From: Macrostomum lignano
Taxonomy: Eukaryota
Assembly (NCBI GenBank): GCA_002269645.1
Contig: NIVC01000630.1
Location: forward strand, 186,001 to 250,000
DNA: 64,000 nt
Reading direction: 5' to 3'
A program made the position numbers and the translations under genes. This document shows positions 24,211 to 38,800 of this stretch, one piece after another. Every line of letters begins with the position of its first letter. Positions within the stretch are counted from its first letter, which is position 1. The notes beneath the pieces were generated by a model. The model did no database searches. It was not told the DNA's origin and was given only the letters and a program-made list of their open reading frames with translations.

Positions 24211-24275
<65 letters not shown>
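22995..24275. repeat. About 1.3-kb polypyrimidine/polypurine low-complexity tract ending in (CT)n
   Basis: Almost exclusively C/T, with a ctctccctctcctc-type period. Confidence 0.95.
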
Positions 24276-24280
<5 letters not shown>

Positions 24281-25667
24281 CTCCTCTTTCCTGTCCTGCA
24301 GTTCCGCCTGTTGCACCCTGGGTGAGCAATAGCAAGCTGTATGATGATTAGAACCTAAAGTGGATCGCTATACGCATGCTAATGAGCATTTCTGCTTGTC
24401 TCCTCCGTCGCTGCGGGTCGACTGAGCTCGCCTTTGAACTGCCGCAGCAGACGGGGCAAAGCTAACTAAAAAACGGACACTTTCGAAATATTGAAAAACT
24501 GCAGTTATATACGAGGCTCGTATACTTAGAAACGTGCTGCAAAACTTCTTATTGCCTTATTCGAAAAATTGAAAAGTCTGTTTGAAACACTGAAAGTCGA
24601 GCGGTCCGATTTCTTGTTCCATCAAATCCTCTCTCTGAGAAACATAACTTGCACCCAGTAACCACGCTGAGGAAATTTTTAATTCTTGTTTCAGACGAAA
24701 ATGGTTTATAGTACAGCCGTGACAGCAAGGAGCACCTCCAGAGAGAGGCGCCAGCTACAGAGGGGCGCCAGCTACATTTTTTCTCATGCATAATGCTCAT
24801 TTCATATTAGGATTCGATATTGCATGTAATTATCTTTGACATCCTCAACCGTTCTTTGTTAGTGTTCGCACTTTCCAGCTACATCAACTTGATCGTTAAA
24901 TCGACCATGAAATGCATTAGCACGAGCTATGGGAATCTCGCTAACAGTTTATTGATTCGAGTGAGTTAGATGTACGCAACTTTTCTGTCCCAACCCAGGT
25001 CTCGTGATATTTATTTGTCTCGCTGTCAGAAGGTGATAGCTGGGAGGAAACAATATTGAAAAGAGATTAAAAAGTGAGGCTTAGACAGAAAGAGCCAATC
25101 TCATATCCGTCGTGAGATTAAATGCCGAAAGGAATGCCAGAAGGTCGGATATACTGATCGTGAGTATGATGAAAAAGCAAATTTAGAAGCCGTCAAGGAA
25201 ATTTGAGCAATCCGACTCGCGGGTGTTTCTAAATGATGCCCCTCCAGATCGAGTCAATTCCTGATAGATAGAATGACAGTTTGCGAATCTGAAAAATGTA
25301 TTCTGACTTAATGAGAGACTCGGTTTGGTACGGTGTCTTAGTTTTTAAAGCTGAATTAAAAAGTCGATCTCGAATTTAATGATTTTGCGTTCCGGCTTAT
25401 TGCTAGATTTAAAAAACGGACAAAAAATCTGTTTCAAAGAAATGATCATTAAGCGCAAAAATCACGCGCGATTAATAAGCATTGGCTGATGATGATTGCT
25501 GAGATTGTGTTGGAGATTTCACGTCGATGCTCTGCGTTCGCTTTTAGTACATCGGCACGAATGATTAATGAACCGTAATTAGGAGCAAAAGTTGCTAAAC
25601 TGGCGTTTATCAACTTTTCGTAGAAAATCTCATCTTATCCAGCACACTTAAATCTAGACGTGGAGAG

Positions 25668-25900
25668 CAATGTACATTTAGAATCTCGTTCCCGTCTGCT
25701 CGCGGGATAGACTGGTTGGATCAGGGAAACGATGTACATTTAGAATCTCGTCCCTGTCTGCTCGCGGGATAGACTGGTTGGATCAGGGAAGCGATGTACA
25801 TTTAGAATCTCGTCCCCGTCTGCTCGCGGGATAGACTGGTTGCCAGTGCATGGTTGGATCGGGGAAGCAATGTACATTTAGAATCTCGTGTCCGTTTATT
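25668..25900. repeat. Tandem repeat of about 61 bp, about 4 copies
   Basis: atgtacatttagaatctcgt(t/c)cccgtctgctcgcgggatagactggttggatcaggga. Confidence 0.85.
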
Positions 25901-26725
25901 CGCTGGATTGACTGGTTATCTCGGAGTTAGAGCAATGTACATTGTAAATTTATGAGTGAATCTTGGCCCCTAAAAATCGTAGAGGTTTGCACCCAACTAA
26001 TAATGACAAACTAAATTTTGAAAAATTAATAAAATTAAAGCTGGCTTCGTCCTGAAATGTGTCCAAAACAGGCTTTCATGTTTTGTCCTAATCGCTGGCC
26101 AAAAGGTGACCTTTAAGCTCGTAATTAAGCCCATGCATGGGTTTTTGATCGCTTGCCCAGAAGTGTTTTGATGTGTAGTCCAGAGGCCTAGTGTTTCAAG
26201 CGCAAAGCGCAGGCACTCATCTTTTTAGAGCAAGAAAAATAATAAGCGTCATCCCATAAACCTCTGCTCTCCGTGAAGAAATCGTACAGTATAATCCTTG
26301 CCAGAGGTGGCAATTATACCAGTGGAATTTTTTCTAGAACGGAAGGATTAAAAGATGCGTCAAAAAAAGATTAAGATCGAGCTTACAGCAGCTTAAAGAC
26401 GCGTAAATGGAACAGAAAAAAAGATTTATAATATAATTTCTACGAGCGTATTGTGATTTGAAGTGCACTCGTTACTAAATGTTCATCAGAGCTCGTCTTG
26501 TCAAATTTAAAAGTATCTCAGACGCTTCTTCGGTAAACAAATCAGAAAACTTGCGAGCAATTGCACTAGCTAACTCAGCTAATTTGTTGCTGGAAGAAAT
26601 TATTGCTAAATCCTGAAAAATTCTTCCATCTGTATCCACTTTTGGCTTTAATTGTTCTGTCGAGCGAGTTCAGTTTTATTAACTAACCAGCCTCATTAGT
26701 TCTTTAATTCTCCTTCCTTGCCCAG

Positions 26726-27225
26726 CAGTGTACATTGACTCCAATCGATACAATTATAAACCCCACTTAATAAGTCCATCCCTGCCCTCATTTAGCTCCT
26801 TCTTTCCTTCCCTCCCCTGCAGTGTACATTGACTCCAATCGATACAATTATAAACCCCACTTAATAAGTCCATCCCTGCCCTCATTTAGCTCCTTCTTTC
26901 CTTCCCTCCCCTGCAGTGTACATTGACTCCAATCGATACAATTATAAACCCCACTTAATAAGTCCATCCCTGCCCTCATTTAACTCCTTCTTTCCTTCCC
27001 TCCCCTGCAGTGTACATTGACTCCAATCGATACAATTATAAACCCCACTTAATAAGTCCATCCCTGCCCTCATTTAGCTCTTTCTTTCTTTCCCTCCCCT
27101 GCAGTCAGTGTACATTGACTCCAATCGATACAATTATAAACCCCACTTAATCAGTCCATGGCCCTGCCCTCCTTTAGCTCATTCCTTTCTTCCCTCCCTG
27201 AGTGTACATTGACTCCAATGGATAT
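26726..27225. repeat. 94-bp tandem repeat, about 5 copies
   Basis: cagtgtacattgactccaatcg... starts at 26726, 26820, 26914, 27008 and about 27106. Confidence 0.93.
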
Positions 27226-29150
27226 ACTACAGTGTACTGCCCGTGTAAAATAGTAGTAACATTCTTCCTGTCTTTGTAGACTTTTAAAAAATTGAACCTG
27301 ACATGTATTTTTGAAATTTTCCTTCAAAATATTCCAGTGAAACAGACAGTAGAAAAGAGTGAAAGACAACATCGAATATTTTATAAGTGTAAAATTCCTC
27401 AACTGCAAAAGTACATAACAATTTGACGCTGCATAATTACGATCGTATCGTATAAATTTACCAGACTGACGTCCTAACTGTGTGAAAACCTCTAATTTTC
27501 TGTATAAAGTAGCTATCACAAGACATCATCTTTAGAAATTAGCTAATTCTAGTTTCTGCGTATTCTACACAAAACTTTCGAAAACAAAACCGAATGTTCT
27601 ACTCAATGAAAGCTCATTACTGCAATTTTGAATCGAAACAAGTTTTCAAATGCAGCGAAAAATAAGGACACCAGTCCCCAATTAATGATTTTTTCGTTAA
27701 AAGGTTTTTATACCCCCGCCTTTAATTGATTCCCAAATGACACGCTTGCATGCTTGTTTACTGCAAATGTGGGCGGTTTCCTCGCTTTGGTAATAACAGG
27801 CACGCGCAGATTCGGGGCTTCTTCGTCTACAGCATCGTAGTTATTTCGTTACAATTTCTGTCAACACCAGAAAGTTCAGCTCAGTTCTACAGAAAATAAA
27901 AGAGAAGTTTTTGACTGTAGCGATGAACTCTCGGTGACGCAAAACATCTAGCTAAGGAGGAAACTGACACTGATCATGCTGAGCACTGTGTGGCTTCGAA
28001 CTTGATCTGCTTTTGCAGCGTGTTTGCATGTCAAAAGAACATAATCGTGGTGCTTATTTTCATGGCTAATAAGCAGAAAACAAATTACTTACATATTGTG
28101 TATTTATGATACAATTACGAGCGTAATAGCTTGATAAGTAAAAAGAGAATTTATGCCCGTTATATAACACAAAGCTAATTTTTATCTTTTTTTGACTCGT
28201 CACACACAAATAACAGTTGCAGCCAAGCTGCATGAGGTGGTTATACTGCTGGGCCCGGGGCCGGCTTGCTGACAAAAAGATGAAGCATGTATTGAATTAG
28301 CTCGTTAGAATACCTAAACATAGAGTGTAGCATTTAATTTGCAAAGACAATTTGTTCTGCCTAAAGCTGAATGCCTATTTACCATGTAAACCACACAATA
28401 GTAGTAGTTACATGCCCGGGCTGCCAAAAAACGTTCGTCCAACCAAAAGGATATTTGGGCAAAGTGAATAGTCGTATGGGCTGTTGAAAAAACGTTGGAA
28501 CAATGTGGGACATTCAACGAAGGAAAATATCGCACATTTGCGGCACATTTACTTTTAGTAGCATCATATGCATGTTTGTATACCTGTACAAAATAGACAA
28601 ATTTGTCGGAGATTTTTTGAAAAACTCTGTTCTGTTAATCGGGTAAACTAATCTGTTCCCGCTTGTATTAATTATGCAAAGCTTTTCGTACATGTAGCTC
28701 GAAGATAAGATGAAAAAATAAATTCGCTGGACGACAATACGGAAGCTGAAACTGTTTTTCTGCTACATGTACGAGTGTACATGCAGCTATAGCTGAGCTG
28801 ATGGCAATTACAATGAATCAGATATTTCTGTTATAAGCTACATTACACGTACAATTAATTAATGAGCTTATTAAATTTTCAGTTTGCTGAAGGCGCCGAG
28901 AATAACTTTATATTTTGATTTTGATTTTGATGGTCGGGTGAAAAACGTCTTCATACATGTATTAATATGGTTGCCCGTTAGTTAGCTACTACTGACAGTA
29001 AGGTCCTAAAGAGTATTCGTTTGAAAGCATCAATATAACCCACTGGAAAATCACACCCGATTACTCAGTTAGTTGTAGAATAAATGTTCAGTCGCGTATA
29101 CCGTCAAAAACTGATTCATTAGAAGTTTATATCAAGAGACTATTTGATGG

Positions 29151-29720
29151 GGTTTACCCCCGATTCGCCGATTCCTGATTCGCCGAATTCCTGACTCGCC
29201 GAATTCCTGACTCGCGAAATTCCTGATTTGCCGAATTCCTGACTCGCCGAACCTTCCAGTTTCTAACTGTACGACGCCACAGGTGGAAGTGGATGCATGC
29301 CAGGTGGGCCGGGTTGTGATTGGCCAGCTCTGGAGGCTCTCCTGCCTAGCCCTGTCCGCACGCTCGTATATAAGGGCCAGATTTCCAGTTGAGGCAGTCA
29401 CACTTTTATAAATACAACTCTCCACAGAACTTTCCACAGCTGTTGTCACCTACAGTAATAAAATACAAATAATACAATTTTAATACAATCCAAAATACAA
29501 TATTACAATAATATTACTACAATAATAATTGTCTCCAAGTCTGATCCCCGGAAGCACTTGTTCAGCTGATGGTGCGCCTGCAGTGTGTGTGCGTGTGTGA
29601 GTGGATGGTCAATGGGGTAATCGGCAAATCAGGAATTCGGCAAATCAGGAATTTCGGCGAGTCAGGAATTCGGCGAATCGGGAATCGGCGAATCGGGATT
29701 CGGCGAATCGGGGGTAAACC
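29151..29720. mobile_element. Mutator/Foldback-like non-autonomous element
   Basis: Termini ggtttacccccgattcgccg / cggcgaatcgggggtaaacc. TIRs of about 100 bp built from roughly 15-bp subrepeats (ttcggcgaatcagga). 9-bp flanks atttgatgg / aattgatgg match at 8 of 9. Confidence 0.75.
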
Positions 29721-32244
29721 AATTGATGGCATGCCGTGCTCAATGCTGAAGTTCATTCAGCAATTGTTCTTTGCTTTTTTGACTGAAACAACAATACAAA
29801 GAAGATATGAGGAGCTCATCTGAGCGGCTAATTTGCTATTGGATGAAGGTTGATCAGAATATACATGTAGCTGCGTACGTGGGTTTTATGGCCTCTTTGC
29901 ATTTGTTAATTCAATTCTGTTGTGTAATTAAGTTGTTAATTTGCTGATTATAAATTTTCACTGAATCACTGTAGTCTATAACTGAAGCTGTGCTATAAGC
30001 ATTTACAGTACATGCATCAGATAGCGGACATTTTAGTGACAGTTCTAGCGTATAGCTCAAAGTTAAACGGTACACGCATTTTAGTCCAAACGAGTTTCAA
30101 TCAGTTATAGTTTGAGTTAATTTTTGCATATATTAGCTAAATTTTAAGCAGTTAAGTTAACATAGAGTTTGCTGCTATTGAGTCTAAATAAGCTATTCAA
30201 GCTTCCCAATATTAATTTAGGGCTGGGACACTCATAGTCGTTATCGATAAACCCCACCAGATTCCAAACAATTAGGCTGCTCAGCACTAGATTAGCAAGG
30301 TTAGCTCCTGCCGCTGCATGGTCAGGTGAAAAAATTTAGGCAGTTCAATAGTTCAGATCCAGTATGGAAAAAAGAGGCGGGGTGAGAAGGTCACAACGAA
30401 GGCATGCGAAAAATCATCTTGAGAAACTATTAAAAAAAACCGGAAGCTGTAATTCAGTAACTCCAGCACTGCACCATGCTGAAAGAGTGCTGGAGGAGGT
30501 CGAAGATCAAATTTGTCACATGGCATCTCCATGTGCTTCACTACTGACGCAAGGAGAAAATCGACTAGACGAAGAAGAATCCACTTCTCGGGTACTACCA
30601 GGAGCCACTTCTCCTGATGCTCTGGAGACACCTAAGAACTGTAGAGGTTGATCATCGAGACTGCCTTCGTATTCCCCTATCGCAAGTCCAAGGTAAAAAC
30701 TTTCATTTTCTTTTATTAGAATTATATAATTGTTTGGGGGGGGGATTTATCGCCATATCCTGTTCAGTGTTCCGTTTGGGGGATTTACTGTCATCCTGTT
30801 CCTATAGGCTTTAATTTATACTAGACTTAAGACAATGAGTTTTTGGATGGCTTGAAATAGCCGAATTCATTGCAGGAAGCATGCTGTTGCTTTACCCTCA
30901 GGATCCGCTCCCTCAACAATTTTTTGGTTGCTGCTGTTGCGTCCCATTTACTTTGTGCTGCTGAGATTTCGATTTGCAGTTTGGGAACCACATAAGAAAA
31001 TTTTCCGTGGTCGAATCATCGAATTGATTATTTTTAGCCCTCTCGAGCGTATCATCATGTCATTAATAAATTGCAACGAACTTTTTCCCCATCAGTGACC
31101 TCAGTTAATGACCTAGCTTCTGAGGCGAATGCTAGAAATTCATCCCGAGCTTCCTGCTGACTATCGAAGTCTGATGCAGACACCTCGTGATCTTGTCGTT
31201 AGAAAGCGTGGAGCCTGGCAATTACTATCACTTCGGCGTTGTACACGGATTAAATTTTATTTTCTCCCATTGTACATTGCCAATGCATGGTGCAAATAAA
31301 GCTTCATCTATTTTTGGACGGAGCAAGGATTTACAAGGAACACAAATGTGGCCGATTCTGGTTACAGAATTGTGGTTACATCTATAAGCATTAATGTACG
31401 TGAAATTTATATATACATGCATACTACTAGCAGCGACTAGTACGTACTTATACGTAGGTATTGCATGCATGACGTGTTGTGAATTTTACATGTACAGGTT
31501 GTACACGCGGTACTGTACATGCAAATAATTAAACGGCCAATAATTGTGTTAATATTGATTTTGTGACAGCTCCGTACATTTATTAGTTGTTGATAAAATA
31601 AAGGCATACCGTGACAACTTTCGTTGCTTTTAGTCTAGAAAATAAAAAAAATATGTACTAGCTACTGTACATGTACATTAGACTCTACAACATGTACGTA
31701 CATGTATACGTCTGTACCATCTACATGTACATGTACAACATAGGGTAAATACTACCACAAAGACACGTGTTTTTGCTGCGATATTGAACGAAGGACTCGG
31801 ACACTTGTATTTTCATCTGAAGAATAGAGCTCTATGTGAACAGCTATGACATCTACTGGTACACGTACACTGTAACAACATCATCGATCAGTACGTATAA
31901 TTAAAGTATTTTAGGACGATGGGTATATGCGACGCCCAGTGAGAACGCATAAAAGACTAAATATAAGTAAGGTCTACTTAATTGGAAACGTCGGGTAATA
32001 CGGATCAGTTGATTGAGAGGTTTAATTGTCATTTGCATGACGCCCACATTGAAATGCATATAAATCCCAGTTAACCCTTGACGGGTTAACAAGAGTCGTA
32101 ATTTTGTATCACTATTATAACAAATTGTGTTAAAAAGACTCTTTAGATATGTACAACGTTATGTAAAAATGTATTATTTTAAAAAAAAATAATTTTAAGC
32201 AAAAACAATTTTTGCTTAAAACCTTTATATACAAAAGTTTGAGA

Positions 32245-32254
32245 CCTAGGTAAC
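32245..32254 (+). promoter_or_regulatory. Partial RFX X-box upstream of CCDC81
   Basis: cctaggtaac lies about 110 bp before the ATG. It matches only the right half of the X-box consensus. Confidence 0.3.
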
Positions 32255-32362
32255 CGTGCCGGGTACCACTGTTTAATTTTTAAACAGATTTGTCATTTTA
32301 TTGATATCCGATTTTTTTGCATTACTGTACATTATGCGCTGAAAAGCTGCATTACAGCAAAG

Positions 32363-35300
32363 ATGGCAGATGGAAACCAACAAACATCGCGAAATCAACT
32401 GAGCAGCAGGCTTGATCTTTCTGCTACCTCAGTATCAGAGGAAGGTAGGTCGATCCAGCGTTTTTTCATGTTTACGTATCTTGAAGCTGGATGATTTCGT
32501 TGCATCTGATACATAATTACGTTGAAATGAAATATATTAAAGGCACTAAAAGCCGATAAGTTATGTAAAATTAAAGACTATAAATGATTTGTAGTTGTTA
32601 TAATGTTGAGTTGAGTTATAATTAGGGAAATATAAAAAACATTAAAGATTCTGTATTATTCTTTAGATTTATAGTGTATGGTTATTAATACAGTGGCGAG
32701 AAATCTTGGACTTAAATAAAGTTAATTAAATATGACACATAGAAAGAGTATTTTAATTTATCGAAACGATAGACAAATTTAATATGTTTAAATGTTTTCA
32801 CAAACCCAACAGAACTTTCTGTTCCACTTTAGTTTTCAAAGACTTATAAAGACATTTTAGTACTAATAGACCACCATTGTATCCATCAAAAATTAGGGTC
32901 GTATACTTTATTTAGTTTTCAACTTTTTTAACTAAAAATTTCTAGTATAATTTTATTTTCATATAAGTATTTTCCTATTCTTTACAGGTAAACTATGCAG
33001 GTAATAAAATGCAAACGAACTAAAATTAAACATATTATGCCGATGCCGAATATCATATATAAATGAAAATTGGATGCAGTCACTTTCTCAATCCACATCG
33101 TTCTTTTGTTATAAAAATACTGGGATTCTGAAAATTATGTAAAACTATCCTTTAAGCTAATATTTATAGTAATAGAGTTAGAGACTTTTTATGCAAAATA
33201 TGATTATAACTTATTTCATTTTTAATAAACAACAAAGTATCGTTTACTCGTACAAAAATTACTTTTTGTATATATATTTAAAAACAGAACGAAAAAAGCA
33301 AAATGATATTTGTTGCTACTATTTTAGATCTATTTCACATCTGGGAGGCGGTCTCCAGATTTATCGAGAAGAATTTGCAAAATCAAAAGGTGAGTTATTT
33401 GTGTCATTCTAATCTAGTTCTTCTATTCGAACAACAGCTTAGCTTATCTGCCCATGTTCCGTCAATCTTCCAGGGTGTACACATTCCCAACTTCGGTACA
33501 TTCTCGTTCGTCCAAAAGAAGCTGGACGTTGGCAATGCCAAGTACCTGCTCATCCAGCGGCCAGTGTTTCAGCTATTCGAGCGCATCTGTCAGACGCACG
33601 GCCTCGCCCAGACTAAGTATCACGTGACCGGTTCGGTGCCCGTGGTGCAGCTCAACTATGCCGCTCTGTCCGTTGAATCTTCTGGACATTTCGATCGCGA
33701 CAAAATTGAGACTTGCGTTCGCGAGACTCTCGGCGCTCTGAACAGGTCCATCGCTATGCAGCGCAACGTTGAGCTGGTCTTCTGTGGAGTTGGCCGCCTG
33801 CAGATCCGTTGCGGCGGAGTGAAGTTCAAATTCTATAAAGACTTTGTTAATAGCTTGGATCGAAGCGGCACTGTTGTTCGGGCGCTGCAGCAGGTGCGAA
33901 ACACATTTTTATACCCAAGTTGAATTAATAGCTTAAAATCACGGTAGCTTTTGTGCCTCCTTACGGTAACTTTGGCGTCCCCTCACGGTAGCTTTGGCGC
34001 CCCCTCTCACTAGCTATTGCGCCCCCTCACGCTAGCTTTGGCGCCTCCTCACGCTAGCTTTGGCGCCCCCTCAAGGTAGCTTTGGTGCCCCCTCAAGCTA
34101 GCTTTGGCGCCCCCTCACGGTAGCTTTGGTGCCCCCTCAAGCTAGCTTTGGCGCCCCCTCACGGTAGCTTTGGTGCCCCTTCAAGCTAGCTTTGGCGCCC
34201 CGTCACGGTAGCTTTGGCGCCTCCTCACAGTAGCTTTGGCGCCCCCCTCAAGGTAGCTTTGGTGCCTCCTCAAGGTAGCTTTGGCGCCTCCTCACGGTAA
34301 CTTTGGCGCCCCCTCAAGGTAGCTTTGGCGCCTCCTCACAGTAGCTTTGGCGCCTCCTCAAGGTAGCTTTGGCGCCTCCTCACAGTAGCTTTGGCGCCTC
34401 CTCACGGTAACTTTGGCGCCCCCTCAAGGTAGCTTTGGCGCCTCCTCACAGTAGCTTTGGCGCCTCCTCACAGTAGCTTTGGCGCCTCCTCACGGTAGCT
34501 TTGGCGCCCCCTCAAGGTAGCTTTGGCGCCCCCTCAAGGTAGCTTTGGCGCCTCCTCACAGTAGCTTTGGCGCCCCCTCAAGCTAGCTTTGGCGCCCCCT
34601 CAAGATAGATTTGGCGCCCCCTCAAGGTAGCTTTGGCGCCCCCTCAAGGTAGCTTTGGCGCCTCCTCACGGTAGATTTGGCGCCCCCTCAAGGTAGCTTT
34701 GGCGCCTCCTCAAGGTAGCTTTGGCGCCTCCTCACAGTAGCTTTGGCGCCTCCTCAAGCTAGCTTTGGCGCCCCCTCAAGGTAGCTTTGGTGCCCCTCAA
34801 GGTAGCTTTGGCGCCTCCTCAAGGCAGCTTTGGTGCCCCTCAAGGTAGCTTTGGCGCCTCCTCACGGTAGCTTTGGCGCGACCCCTCAACGTAGCTTTTG
34901 TGCCCTCCTAACAACAGCTTTGCTGCTGGTTCTGGCGCCGTCTGATATATGCCCCCCTTCATCGCAGCGGTTATTTTAGTTCCACACAAGCCTTGAATAA
35001 ATTGAATGGCATAACCATTTGAATCTGATCTTTTCAGAGACCCGGCACGGCGGACTCCGTCATGTCCGATCGACCAGCCTCCAGGGCCTTCAGCGTCGCC
35101 CTGCCAAAGTGAGTATTAGTTGATTGATGACTCAAAATCAATCCTTTAATAATTGAGAACATTTATGTATATGAAAAGTAGTTTCCTAAGTGTGTTACTT
35201 ATCAGTAGTATCTACGAAAAAATGTATCTTAATATTTAATTTTACGTCGAAATTTTCTCAGTCCTCTGTTCTTCAGAGAAAAAAGCATTTTGGATGCGAG

Positions 35301-35806
35301 CTTAGATTTTCAATGGCTGCCTCGATTCGTGAGTTGACTCAAGGAGCGGCTTATAGATAATACTGTTATGGCAAATTCACAACTGTGTCAGGCACTTATC
35401 TTTGCGTTTATTCGGCTTTCAAAGTTATCGCACAATCAATCCGAACCCATGACTTGTATAAAATTTTTGCTTCACTTTGATCGGAATTTCTGTGATGATA
35501 TTGAGAGTTTCTTATTTATACAATACTATCCATTACGAGTATTGCTTGTGGTTTGCCATGTTATTGTCTCACTAGTGCGTCACTGCAGTACATCTGCTGC
35601 TATGCTTATGTTACCCTTAAAGATATGTGAATAGATAGATAGATAGATAGATAGGTAGGTAGGTAGGTAGGTACGTAGATAGATAGATAGATCGATGCAT
35701 ACATACATACATACATACATACATACATACATACATACATACATACATACATACATACATACATACATACATACATACAACGTACATACATACATAGACA
35801 GACACT

Positions 35807-35864
<58 letters not shown>

Positions 35865-38800
35865 TACAGACAGACAGACACTAAGACACTAAGACACTAA
35901 GACACTAAGACAGACGGAGTACTCACCACTGCCCACGCCCGCAGGCTGCCAAGCCGCGGTCCCAACGGCCTGGCCCCAATCAATGAGGACGAATTCGTGC
36001 CAGGCGAGTGTGCGGGAGTCCATACTGACAGGCGGGACGGCTTGGATCCCGGTGAGTACATATAGGCTCCAAGAGATCCGATCCTTCGCTGACTTTTCCG
36101 CTCTCAGCCAATTCATTCAACTTTCTAAAGAGTCCGTTCTCCCGAATCATGTCTGTGGCTACTTTCACGTTGAATAATTTATCAAAATTTGGATACCGCC
36201 GTGCGCGCGCGCGGGTGCGGCGAGTGCGTTGCTATTGGCAACCGGATTTCAGCGACGAAACTCAGGCTTGCTGATTCATTCATATACAATACGGGACTAT
36301 ATAATAGTGAAGAATTCCTTACTAGACGATAGTTCTGCGATAGACAAAAGTGGTAAGACCGATTCCACAGAGAATGCTACCATCAGCGAACTCCACCAGC
36401 CGTGGTGTTGGCCATACAGCAGCGAAGAGATCAGTGCGGCCGTTGGGATTCGCAATGATTCGCGACCACAACGGGCGCCAGTTTCACGTGCCCGCGGAGT
36501 TGCTGCATCGGCAACCGCAGGCACAGCAAAAGCAACACCACAGAATATTCTGTGAGCAACACCGGGAGCAACCGATGCAGCAGCAGCAGCCGCAGCTTCT
36601 TCGATTGTCAACGCCTAAAGTGGCGAAATGTTGCGACGAAGTCAGCTTTGAAGCGGCGGCGGCTGCTTCTGCCGGTCGCTCGTCGATTGCATCGCTTCAA
36701 CGACCAGCTGAGCGTCAAAAGCTGCCGCTGATGAAGCAGAAGCAGCAGCTGCAGCAGAAGCAGAAATTGAAACAATCGTTGCTGCCTAAATTGCCAAGTC
36801 GATTGGCAACGGCGTTGCAGAAGAGAGCTTTGGCCGGTGAGATAAGACAGACTCTGGGAGAAGAGACGAGGGGAGAAACGGTCATTCCTCAATATTGCTA
36901 TCATCGAGCAACCAATAAAGAGCTCATTGATCATATCAAAAATTGAATTAATCAACTTTCATGTTTAGTTTTGATCATAAATCGATGCATCAGTCAATCA
37001 ACCCAACCAATCAAACAGAGTCCCTCGGCTTCGATGACTCGGCCCCTGAGGCGGATCAGCGACCTCGAACCGAGCGCCTATCAACCGGACGCCAATCGGC
37101 TCTGCCAGTCGCCATGGCAACCGATTTTACCTACGACCCGGTGACAGTAACAGCCAGACGGACTGCCGACCGTCTGGACCTTCGATACGGCGACGCCGAG
37201 GTCGAGGCCGAAGCTGCCGACGCTGCCGCCGCCGCAGCGGCTGTCGCTGACGCGGACGCCGAAGCCGACAAGGAGAACAAAAACGGCGGTAGGGAATTCG
37301 AAGTCGAAGAGGCCGACTTCAAGAGGCCCGAACCACCCGGTTCATCGTTGCCGCCGCCGACACCTCCGCAGAGGCAGCTACCGCCGCCAAGGCCGCCATC
37401 CACAACCCGCCTGCAGCAGCAGCAGGAGCTGCTGCAGCAGTCTCAGAGGCCGCCGAGCACTGCTTCATCGTGCGGTCACGCAGGAGCTGGTCAGGAGCTC
37501 TGCTATGTGTGCCACCAACGAGCCAGGTAAGAGAACTTATAGTCTAAGGGATCTTAGGGCATGCTTACCATTGCCTCGTTTGAATCAGTTCAAAGTTCAA
37601 AACGTTATCAGATCAGGCCGCCACTCCCAGGTCTGGGGGGATTCACACCCTCATGAGGCCCAACCCCAGAGGCACACAGAGACTGTACGTCGCTTTGAAT
37701 TTCGTGTCCATGACAAGCAAATGTAAAACTCTTTCTTTCCCGTTGCAGGCGCAATATCCCCGTCTCGTTTGCCGAGGAATTGAAACGACGCGAGAAGGAA
37801 GAAGACCAGCTGCTGCACGCTTATAATGAGATGCGTGACAAGGAGCGCATTCTCAAAGAGCAGGTCAGCAACTATCTGCACTTTTCCCACCTCCTTGTAC
37901 TTTTACGTCTCTCCCTGATTTCTTACAAATCACCCTAAACTCTTTTCAACAAGTCATTCTCTACGGATGATTCCTAATTTATTTCCCAAACTTCAACTGA
38001 TGCTTTCATATTCCCTAAGGATTCCTTCAAAATACCCAAATTAACGTGCAACCTGATTTCTTTTCACGTCTTTTCCACCAGGAGTCGCTCTTGGCCAAAC
38101 GACACGACGCCCAGAAAGTGTCGGCCTTCAACTTGGGCATCGCCGAGGCGCAGAAGGACAGCCGCGGTCAGCGCGATCCCGACAACCGGCCGTCGTACAT
38201 ATTTCAGGCCAGGCCACTGACTCCTCCGCGTCGGATTAAACAGATGGCGCTAAACGCCGAGTTGGAGCGTCAGGTGACGGACAAGAAGTCGACGCACGAT
38301 CGAGTGAGGGCTGATGAAGCCTTCCTTGAGCGGCTGGAGCAGGTGCAGCTGGCTGAGGACCTTGCCGCCCAGAGGGAACAGTTCTTGAAGGATCGCGAGG
38401 AGCAGAAAGAGATGTACAAGAGGGCTTTGTCTGCTCAGGTAAGAATTTTTCTGCATGGACTGATACGAGCTGGTATTTACGAGTACAGTAACGAGTTGTT
38501 GAGAACTTTTGTAGTTTGGATAGTTTCCGTCACTTTGGAGTTTATTTGGTCTCTCTGGTTTTTGTAATAGCTTTGACCGTTGTTAAGGCTGTTGGTTTTG
38601 CCAGTGTTGTTTGAGGTTGGTTCTGTCTTCTGTAGGGATTGCAAATCCCGGTTTTTTGCGATCCCGGGATCAGAAAAATACAGATTTTTAAGCTTCTGGG
38701 TTAAAATTTTTAGGCAAAATATGCGCTAAACCTTTTTTGCTTCCATTTTTGATTGTTATAGAGTTAATGATCTATTTGTAGATGAAAAAAAAGAATTTTC

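Noticed and set aside
30364-30651. 95-aa ORF with a nearby donor-like site
   Set aside because: No consistent splice or frame partner and no recognisable domain.
35980-36168. Minus-strand ORF starting near the intronic X-box (possible divergent gene)
   Set aside because: It overlaps CCDC81 exon 35945-36051 in antisense and has no supporting partner exon.
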